A stretch of 61,920 nucleotides of DNA, counting the filler, from Blastocystis sp. subtype 4 (taxonomy: Eukaryota), in assembly GCF_000743755.1 (NCBI RefSeq). It is 13 parts of 13 records of this genome, joined end to end, with 100 filler letters (N's around TTAATTAATTAA, not from the genome) between each part and the next. Parts side by side here need not be neighbours in the genome. Positions count along the whole stretch, not along the records: positions 52,331 to 56,658 come from NW_014569031.1; positions 56,759 to 61,920 come from NW_014569030.1; 11 more parts are not named here. One strand, given 5' to 3'. The stretch's first letter is position 1. Each line of letters starts with the position of its first letter. A program made the translations under genes and the position numbers. Below are positions 52,331 to 61,920 of the stretch, piece after piece. The notes beneath the pieces are model-generated. The model was not told the DNA's origin. It was given only the letters and a program-made list of their open reading frames with translations, and ran no database searches.

Positions 52331-53240
52331 CCTGAGACCAACCTGATGTATCATCACCAAACCAATTGGTAGGCACTTCACCCATCTTATAATACCATTG
52401 TTCTGAATGATTGATAACAGGACGACGAAGATAGTGATGATGAATATTGCCTTGATTCGCATCATATCGTCCTTTCAGAACCATCTCCTCTTCACCATCA
52501 GGTAACATGTGATACAAGTAGAAATAAGACTTAGACGGCCACAAGGAAAATGTTGAATTGAACACAACATCAAATCGATCCACATCAATATCAATACAAT
52601 GAATCCAATCCTGACTAGCAGGATGTGTATGGTTAGCTGGAACTTCAAATATCACATTACCAGTGGCTGTATCATAAATACTGAAGAATTCTGACTCAGG
52701 ACGCGATTGATAGGTTCTAACAATCTTATAATCTAAGCATTCATCTCTTGTTGATTGCAAAGGATTCATATTGATAATGGAGGAAGAAAGTGAAAACTGT
52801 ACAATTTGAACACTCTTCTCTGTCATTATGGTTTCTATCACAATGGCACCAGTCATATCTCGAATCACAATCCAAGCACCATTACTCCAACCATCATTTC
52901 CAGTATCCAGCATCTTGAGAGAATACAATGAAGAAACAGAGAAAGGTAAACACACTTCCAATACTTTTTCTTGATTATCTTCAAACAATGGAGAAGAATA
53001 CAACAACATATCTCCTCCAAAGATCTGAAACGATTCCTCCTTCGCAAATAGAAGAGTTCTTTTAGTAATATTCACATACACTTCATTAGGAGCACATTCA
53101 ATACCATAAACAAGTCCAACTAACGATTAAGAGTCATCATCAATACTACATAGTAATAATACAAGAACGATATGGCCACACATAGTAGAACAAATTCCAA
53201 CAACCACAATATAGAAGTACTGTTTTTGGTGAAGTCTTCA
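52331..53240 (-). pseudogene. Internally deleted paralog of the Ig-like surface protein family
   Basis: Aligns to the N-terminus of 16930-18960, then jumps to the YKIVRTY..LPDGEEEMVLKGRYD..EQWYYKMGEVPTNW segment; 5' end frameshifted. Confidence 0.7.
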
Positions 53241-53515
53241 TTTCTAGGTGTAATATAATAATCATAACATACCTAACTACTGAACGTGCATGATGGTTAT
53301 TTGTTCTTTGTATTACAACACCTCAATTCTCTCTTTTAGAAAGCAACACTTTATTACTTAGTCTATAACTGATTTCAATGGTATTATACTCACTTTTGGT
53401 TAGTTCAGTTTTGAAGGGAGCTGTGATACCAGAGGAACTATTATGAGACCTAAGTCTATTGAGTTTGGGAGGCGCTGCATACCTACCGAACTCAATAGAC
53501 TCACACCGTAGTAAC

Positions 53516-53601
53516 AGTAGTAATCTGATGCATGATACGTATTCTTAACATCCAGACAAACCGTCGCAAACATGGGCCTCCAACCCTGGGTAGCTATACA
53601 C
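53516..53601 (+). mobile_element. Polinton-like element terminus, copy 4
   Basis: AGTAGT start; colinear with 4292-4377, last 52 bp identical. Confidence 0.7.
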
Positions 53602-55645
53602 TGTAAACACTATAAACACTACTTAGATGCCCTAGAGGGCACTTTACGTCCATACCGTGAGGCCTCGGACTAGTTCCCGAGTAATTCTAATATCCAGTGA
53701 TTGCTTGACAGCTCATGAACCCAACCACTAGCTATTCAGGAGAATAGAGTGGTGACATCCAGCTGGGAAATCACCGATGACATCGTGGAAACATAATGAT
53801 GTCATCATCACCTTAGAGAACACAGGATCCCATAGGTGATAGAATAAGATGAATACCACAACCAAATCACAAGAGAAAGAGGTTCATACATGACAGACGA
53901 ACAAGAAAAGACAGGACAGAGCTTGAGAAGATCATGAAATCTCCTCAGGAAAATAAGAACGACAATACTTGCAGAAGGTGTTCTGTATCCTTGTCGACTG
54001 GCAACAAGCAACAGGAAGCAGTAATCCAACTTGAAAAACGAAATAGAAAAACTCCAAGAGAACAACCGAAAGGTTAAAAACTCACAGAGAAAACTCAGCA
54101 AAACAAGAAAAAGCCCGAAACGAAGGATCGAGAACCAATCCTATAAAGCTAAAGTAAGAAGTAAGGGTCAAAGACCGACCCTATGGACCAACACAATGAA
54201 CCAAGGACCAATACCACAACGAATACAAACACTAAGGACCAAGGTTCAAGAATGAGAAGCCAACACTACCGGTCAAAGACCAGAAATGAAGACCTTATCC
54301 GATATCTATCAAGACAAGTAAGAAGTCAATTCAATCACTATGGCAAGGGATGAGGACCAGGGACCAAAGCGAAGACTAAGGACGATGGATCAACCCTATG
54401 AACCAAATACCAAGATTTAAGGCCAAAACTCAAGAAACAAGGGTTACGAGTTAAAACCCAAAACCAACACTAAGATTCGAGAAACTAAGGACGAATGACC
54501 AGAACCATTGAGAATAACAATGTAATGAGCCAACTTGAAAAGTAAAGAGCCAATGTGAAGAGCTAAGGCTGGAGGGAAGCAAAGAGCCATTGATCGATAA
54601 TACAATCACGAAGCAAGGTCAAGAATGATTGGAAGTAGTGCGTTTAAGAGGCAAAGACAGGAACCACGTCGAAACAATGGAAGGCTTAAGGCAAAGACCA
54701 AGAAGCATTGAGAGCAGCAACAATAGGAGCCACGACCAAGGACATAAGTGAGGGGGGTGAAGAAACAAGGTCTAAGGACCAAGAACTAGGAACGAGATGA
54801 ATGACAATCAAGGGTGAGCGGTATAGACGAGGATGGTTGGGGATACTTAGTAGTATGGCTGGAGACGAAGAGAAGAGTTATGGAGACTAGCTGTAAGAAA
54901 AGTAGAGTCGAAGAATGAGCCGAAATTAGAGGGAGTAGGTAGCCGAGTTTTCAGAAATGAGGAGAGTTATCCCGATTTAGCCAGGCGAGTGTCTAAAGTG
55001 AAGAAGGAGTGTGGATGACGAGAACTGAAAACTGTACTGAAACCTGTAGCAAAGGAATCAAGGAGTTTCACTAGGTCCAGGACGAAGTGCCGAGTTCACG
55101 AAATGACCATTGATACGAAGCTTGTTGACTGCCAGTATTAGCAATTTGCAGTAATATGGGATTCCAGATAGGAGAAACTGCGAAGCCAAAGATCAAGAGA
55201 GATACCGATAAAGAGTTGAAATATGTTGATGATTGGATGTGGCAGAGAGAATAGAGAATAATATGAAGGAGAATAGAGTGGATGTTTGTTATAGAAGAAA
55301 AGGCTGGAGCTTTGGTATAGGAAGTATAAGACATACGAAAGAGAATAATAGTAAAGCATATGATAGGATAGTTGCAAGAAATAAGAAAAAGAATGAGTAT
55401 AAGAGTGGAGTAGGTTAGTAGATCCAGTGAAACATAATGATAATAAGTAGGGTATAAGGTGTAAGTAGATTATAAGGTAGAGTACAAGTTGAATACAGTA
55501 AACTTTACAGGTCACGTGATTGATGTGGCTGTAGACATAGTGTTATGTATGGCTTTAGGTTTGTGAATGTTGGAATGAAGTATAGGAATTGAAGATTGGA
55601 TGAATGGATGGATGGAAACTGAATCATGTGGTATTGGTTAGAATA

Positions 55646-56144
55646 TGAATGAAATATGAAAGAATGAATGAAAAGTGTTTTGAAGAAAGTGTGAGAAGAC
55701 ATGTACAATTTGAATTATCGATTTTGGTAAGTTGGTTTGATTTGACTAGTTGTAAGATGTATAATTGAATGGCATTATAGAAAGGATGAAGTTCGAAGTA
55801 TTAGTGGAGATCAGGTTGTGAGTAAGATTTGTAGTATTAGAATAGCATATTTAGCATGAATGATGATGGCGGTTTGAATGAAGTACAGTAATTGAAGATT
55901 GGAGTAGTAGATGAGAGATGAAACCTGTAGTGTTGTTAGAATTGGAATTGAATGTAATGATTGTAATAGAGATAGTATTAGTATGGTGTTTGTTATGAAT
56001 AGAAGTGTATTAGAGTGTTAGAGTGAGTGAGGATGTTTAGATAGTATGATTCGAATAGAAATGTGAATGTGAATGAAATATGAAAGAATAAAAGAAAGTT
56101 GTGTTTTGAAGAAAGTGTGAGAAGACATGTACAATTTGAATTAT
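55646..56144 (+). repeat. Direct repeat pair, 44-bp identical core
   Basis: GTGTTTTGAAGAAAGTGTGAGAAGACATGTACAATTTGAATTAT at 55675-55718 and 56101-56144, with a shared TGAATGAAATATGAAAGAAT upstream. Confidence 0.88.
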
Positions 56145-56758
56145 GGAGAGGCCTGAGGCCGTGTATGCTCTGCGGAGGGCGCGGCGCAAGCGCCGCACCT
56201 CCTTGAGCTGAAGCAATAAATGTGTACAAAAATGGTTAAGTAATCAGTCAAATGGTGTGAACAAAGTAAAACAAACTTTCTAACACTAAAGACAGTGCAG
56301 TAAACAGGGTGACGACCAGACCTCCAAATTCTGCGACAATCGGCAAGCCCTAGATGCGGCGCCGCAACAGGGTCCCGATAATTGCCGATTGCGCCATATT
56401 TGCCGCAGAATGCGCAATAATGCCGCAAATATGGCGCAATTACCTAATGTTTCTGTTTATCAGTTAGTGATTGCTTACAAACAACTTTCTTTAACTCAAT
56501 TGTATTTAGGAATCAATGTCGTTCCTTTTTCTTTAAGATAATCATATTCACTCAAGTAATGTCTCAGGAGAGCCAGTCTTCCACTTTTCTCACAACAAGT
56601 GGAATTCTGCTTAACTCGCAGTAAGCATCGAAGTGTATCTGTAGAAAGGCAGCTTCTTNNNNNNNNNNNNNNNNNNNNNNNNNNNNNNNNNNNNNNNNNN
56701 NNTTAATTAATTAANNNNNNNNNNNNNNNNNNNNNNNNNNNNNNNNNNNNNNNNNNNN

Positions 56759-57339
56759 CAATGAGTGGAACAGCAATTGAAACTGTTGTTCTTTCATTCA
56801 CTGTTATCACTCCTATCTCTTCATTCTCTTATCCTCAATCATCTTATGTTCTATCAAAGAATCATCCATTCTCAATCACTCCTTCTGTCAATGGAGATGA
56901 GATCTCATTCTCTATCATCTCAGGATCTCTTCCTCCTGGTCTATCTCTCAACTCATCTTCTGGAATCATTTCAGGAATTCCTTCAGCTACCATCAAAAGT
57001 ACGCTTCTCACAGTTGAGGCATCAAATGGAATCGGATCTCTCCAAACTCAACTTTCCTTAAGTATGAAGACTCTGTCAATTCTTTCAATCTTTCTTATCT
57101 CTCTTGCTGCTGTTATCATTATCATAATTGTTGTTCCTATTATTGTTATTCAGATGAATTCTCATCACGAACGTCCAGCTTCGAGATCATATCCATGTTG
57201 GTATGACCGTCCTCCTCAGACTGAGAATCCATACATCTCAGTTAATCATCCTCCCAACATGCTATGTAATATCGCAGTTTATGATCCTTCTACAGGTTCA
57301 TATTCATCAAGAACTTCTAAGGTGAATCATTTTGTGTAG
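56759..57339 (+). CDS. C-terminal part of Ig-like surface protein with TM anchor
   Basis: SFSYPQSSY..LPPGLSLNSSSGIISGIP, TM IFLISLAAVIIIIIVVPIIVI; TGTTTGTT at 57364. Confidence 0.75.
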
Positions 57340-57434
57340 TTACTCTTGTTATTAGTTGTATCCTGTTTGTTATGTTATCATACTTGTAAATGACTAGTAC
57401 CAATAACATCTACAACCTATTAATGCATCCTTGT

Positions 57435-57875
57435 ATAGATATAGATAAGAAATCATTTCCAGATGATATCGATTTGACTATCAATAGTGTTGTAGTGAAG
57501 ATTGATACTACATCTTTGTACAATGTGAAGACAACGAATACAGTAGTAGCTCGAAATGATTCAGGACCAAAGAATATCGTTGTTGAAGCAGGATACTGTG
57601 ATCAAGAATCATTAGAAGAGATGTTTGGTTCATATCTCACATTCACAGAAGATGGATATGCACATCCTTCTGGTCCTGCTTATGATTTAGTATTTCAACA
57701 AGTACCTGACTTGAGTCGAATATTGGGATTTGATAAGATTCAGGCAAGTGGTGTGAAAGGGAAAGAACCAGTAGATCTATCAAATGGATTGAACTGTATT
57801 CGAATCTACAGTAATCTGGTAAAGCAGATGATATCATTTGAAACAAGTCCATTAGTGGATTGTATGATCTATTCA
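57435..57875 (+). mobile_element. Isolated fragment of penton-like gene B between host genes
   Basis: IVVEAGYC, LSRILGF, PVDLSNGLNCIRIYSNLVKQ..PLV motif order; first 99 bp identical to 47649-47747. Confidence 0.65.
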
Positions 57876-57950
57876 ATTGAACAATGTGTGTTCGTTTGTT
57901 ATTCAGTATGTACTAGTTCCATTCAATTAGCAGTACTTCAAACAAACACA

Positions 57951-59753
57951 CTAGGAACGATTCTTGACTTCTCTAATAACTTGTCCTTTATCTCTAGTTC
58001 GGTCGTATGTATTTTGTAAGAGAATCAGCATCTTAATCATTATCAACTTATCAAATTTACTCAAACTGTTCAGTTCTATCACATTAATGAATGATTCATT
58101 CAACTGAATACCTTCATCCGTGAGTGATGGAATGTCTAATTCATATTCAAGCATCAATCATCACTCTCCAATTGTACTTTGCTCATGTACATGAAGCCAC
58201 TCCTATCTCCCTTGAGTAGAGTAAGAGAAGGGAGATCTAATAAATCAATCATCATTATCATTTATGCTCTTCATTATCAATTTATTTCTACTTCTATCGT
58301 AATCATCACCTTGAACGGAAGTTGATCCAAGAGTGATTGTTTCAAGTTGATTCAAATCTCATTCATCAATCATTCAATCATTCATACTCTCAAATACCAC
58401 TGAATGACACATACCAAAGGTGGACATATCTAATTGAATGGATTTAAGTAAAGGGAGATTCTTCAATTCAAATGAATCATACCAACGGAATGAATAATCC
58501 CCAAAGTGGATTTGTCTCAATTGATCACAATTCCTTATAACGCATTTGCTCCCTTCTCTTCTGCCATTCAGATAGAAACTATTCTTACCAATCTTCACAC
58601 TCCTCAGTGTATTTAACCCTTCCAGTACAAATTGACTTACTTCTTTAAAACAATCATTTCCAATTTCAACTCTCTCAATTCCATTAAGCCAAGTTGCACT
58701 AAACGAATTCAGATCATTCCCATAATCATTTTTATAACGTAGAACACCATACTCTCCTTTTATCCATCTCCCACTTCTAACCAATTCATCATTCTCATTG
58801 TACTCTTCTCCGTTTCCATCCCTCATTCCATCCTTCCATTCTCCAATATACACTAGATTCAGGTCTTTGAATTCACTTCCCTTCCCTTCTCTCTTCCCAT
58901 TCTTCCAATCACCATAATACAAGGCTCTCTTTCCATCACTCTCATACTCTGTTCCACTCTTTGCTCGAACAAATCCTTTTATAATATCTCCTTCAAATCC
59001 TCCTTCATATACTCTCACTCCATTCTCATCATACTCAATCATGTTACATGATGGATAGGGATTATTATAACGATTACCAAAACCAGTATTAGGGTTACCA
59101 AAACCAGTATTGTTAGGTAAATTCAAACCATATCCTGCCACTCCACTACCAGTAAACTCTCGAATAAGTTTCTTCTTCACTCCATTCTCATATAAACATT
59201 CTCTCTTCAAGCGTCCTGATTCGCCCTCAAAACATCTTCCATTCTTTCTCCACCTATCATCATATTCACTCACACTCAACAGTTCTCCTCCATTTACGTT
59301 GGCCTCTGAATAGAATCCATCCATTCCTTCCTTTTTTTTCAGTTCTCTGTATCGCTTTCCATTTTGATAGAATCCCCTCCATGTCACATTTCGAGAACTG
59401 TCATACTCTTCAAAAACACTGCATTCTTTCCCATGTTCCAATTCACCTCTAAGGATAGTTCGACCATTCTGTTCCTTCTTCAATACTATCCCTTCTGCCA
59501 AGTCATTTACAAATTTCAATTTCATAAACAATGTTCCATTAGCATATAGAATCAATCCATCTCCTTCTTTCTTTCCATCTTTCATATTTACTAACATTTC
59601 ATAATTAGAAGACTGATAGGATATATGGACGGTTGCTTTTCCTGTTTTTGATCCATCATCATTCTCAATCTCGACACTGCTAACCTGGAAGTCAGCTAGA
59701 AAGGAATCCTGTGGAAAACCTAGTCGTTCATTTGGAATATTTCCAGTAAACAT
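57951..59753 (-). CDS. MORN-repeat + LRR protein without TM (multi-exon, possible terminal frameshift)
   Basis: Paralog of 1843-4217: YxGxWKxGxRxGxG repeats, IGNDCF/IGKNSF LRRs, DLPSL and DIPSL exons; 21-bp NTGFGNP duplication at 59074-59111. Confidence 0.8.
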
Positions 59754-60399
59754 TTCCTAAAACTAAAATAGTAATGAAGAGTTCATTGAACTAAACTCCC
59801 TAAGATTTAGAATACTGAACGCGGGCACTTATCTAATATCGAACTGGCAGGAGTTCTTTTTTATGGATTGAGAACACTGTGAGCTACAATTTCTTAATGG
59901 ATCGTCTATTTTCAAAGCTCATCTCCTTTTAGAACTGAAACAATGAAAAGCGGTAATGAAGGCAAGTTAAATTCCTAATATGATAAGGATAATGGTGTTC
60001 GACAGCTGAAAAACTATATTAAGGTGTTTGAATACCAAAGCAGATAATACTATGCATGTTCAGTAGTTCATTCAATATGTTATGAATATTATATCATTAC
60101 CAAGAAGGGCAACTACACAAGTAATTGTTTTCTGGAGGCCTGATGTAACTGGATTCGGTGATGATTATGTGATATTACAGTTCAAACAAAGAGATCCTAT
60201 CAACCAAGTAGCAGAAGGCCATATGATTACTCCAACATACTTGAAGATTGCTTGTGACAATTACTATTCGATGTATCATCACATTGTATTTAGTATTCAG
60301 TTTTCTATATATCATATTGGTGTATTTTTGTCTTAGTGAGGGAAGAAGCCTTCGATCCCCCAAAGCTGATGACCTCAGGTCTCTATGATATCTTAACAA

Positions 60400-60660
60400 G
60401 GTTTCTAGTAGATTATTGTACAACAGCTCCATGTCGAATGTAGTATTCAAGAGAATCAGCATCTCAATCATTATCAATTCATCAATCATACTCTAACAAT
60501 ACACATTATTCACATATTTGATGCAAAATACCCAACTGAAATCGTATGGAGTGATGGAATATCTAATTCAAGTTTTATCATCAATCACTATTATCCACAA
60601 TGGAAGTCTTTTTTATCAGTTGATCCTCTATCATCCCATACAATCAAATCAGACACATTC
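60400..60660 (-). pseudogene. 3' remnant of a MORN/LRR family gene
   Basis: DIPSLHTI and DADSLEYYIR exons homologous to 57951-58160, with stops. Confidence 0.5.
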
Positions 60661-61249
60661 CACTTCTTTCTGTATGTATCTAATGTAACTCTCATCTTTC
60701 TCTATTTCAAATCGTAAATATCTATTCTCTTATCCATCTTTCTTATCATCTCTCTCACTTCGCTACTTATCTAACCACTTTCTCAATCAAATCCATCAAT
60801 CTTATTCTATTGAATCTCAATTCACACTGCACCTTTTCTCACAGGGATTACAAACTGTTAGCGAATAACAATCTATCCTGTATTCAGAATTCTCTTTCAG
60901 TATCATTGTTTTCAACAACTTATCATTACTCCCCTCATTCTCTATTCATATTGCCTCTATCATTCTTCAGTCTCATCAAATCGAGTTTTCTCATCATTCA
61001 ATGATTTTTTGTTTGGTTTAGTAGTTGTGAGAGTTACGGCGTGTGATTATGAAGTGTACTAGGGGGTCTGAGACGATTACATGATAGGAGAGGGATATGT
61101 GAAGTGACTCCTTATTGAACAAGTGTTCTCAGGCCTCTCATCATTATGTTATGTTGATTAGTTCGATATACAAAGAACCTCAGAATAACTAAAGATAATG
61201 ACTGTGACTACGAATGAAACTCTCTAAACCATCTGCATCTTATTGTTAC

Positions 61250-61920
61250 ATACAATCATTCATTCTGACTTTTTGAAACAATAGTCCTTGTATTGTAGAA
61301 AGGATCACGGTATAGGTGAATGTTGTTTGAGTTCAATAGAGGTACATCTCCAATTCAATTCATTTCAATCAAATACTCTCCAATATCACATTATACAAGA
61401 GAAAGAAGTTGTAATAACTACCATATAGATAAGATAATGAAGGCAAATCTGATTATCAATCCAATCAATCCACTACTCTTCATTATCAGACTATTATCAT
61501 TACTATCAAATGATCCTTGTAGAGCACCATCACCTAATCTAATAGATTTGAGTTCAGGAAGATCTATCTCTCATTAATCTCATATCATCACTCTCAAATC
61601 GAATTGAAGAAGGATTCATTAATGACCAATAGTTAATAGTCACACTCTCCAATTGATTCAATCCACTTATCTTAACTCGTTCCACATAATAGAAACTATC
61701 TCTGTCAATTACTACAGTCTTAAGATTCTTGAATCGACTCAAATCAAACAATCTCACCCGAGGCAAATTACAAATACCAATATATATCCTGAGATTCTTC
61801 ACTTTCCAACTCCACCATATCGGTATATGTTCCCATTCCCAACAATTGTGAATCACAACATCACTGTTGATAGCGATTCGAATACCCATATAAGTGTAAC
61901 TCACTATCTTGTAGAATGGG
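61250..61920 (-). CDS. LRR portion of another MORN/LRR family member (window edge)
   Basis: FDLSRFKNLKTVVIDRDSFYYVERVKISGLNQLESVTI, DLPELKSIRLG. Confidence 0.6.

Noticed and set aside
54100..54800. Possible CRISPR-like repeat-spacer array
   Set aside because: Words recur but there are no identical regularly spaced repeats, no cas genes, and the context is eukaryotic
53602..55509. LTR or TIR element bounded by TGTAAA...TTTACA
   Set aside because: Only a 6-bp inverted match, no target-site duplication, and no PBS or gag/pol evidence

Overview
Eukaryotic, AT-rich, gene-dense DNA that looks like Blastocystis (stramenopile gut protist). The basis is ~30-nt GT-AG introns and the TGTTTGTT 3'-end motif placed 5 nt after the last coding T. 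The window is 13 small contigs joined by artificial N44-TTAATTAATTAA-N44 spacers, so adjacency across gaps means nothing. Host genes include SF3B1, SEC61A, IMPDH, ETF-alpha, GrpE, a mitochondrial carrier, a CDPK, an AGC kinase, an ACL4-like TPR protein, a PDI-like protein, several ribosomal protein genes or ends, RACK1, an apparently dead aspartic protease, a DUF1647/fucosyltransferase-like fusion, and two expanded families (Ig-like surface proteins and MORN+LRR proteins), many decayed. The main find is a multi-copy, degenerating endogenous DNA virus or Polinton(Maverick)-like element. It shows four homologous AGTAGT-starting termini (4292, 46837, 48041, 53516), an intronless frameshifted double-jelly-roll major-capsid-like gene (48502-49382), and two penton-like genes (47058-47747, plus a fragment at 57435-57875). 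One junction lands precisely inside a surface-protein gene. Other candidates are a dispersed hairpin+CTCAGGYCTC mini-element that abuts two termini, a CpG-palindromic promoter motif, an oversized structured IMPDH intron, and a stop codon that must be made by polyadenylation. All protein assignments are by-eye motif recognition, not database searches.
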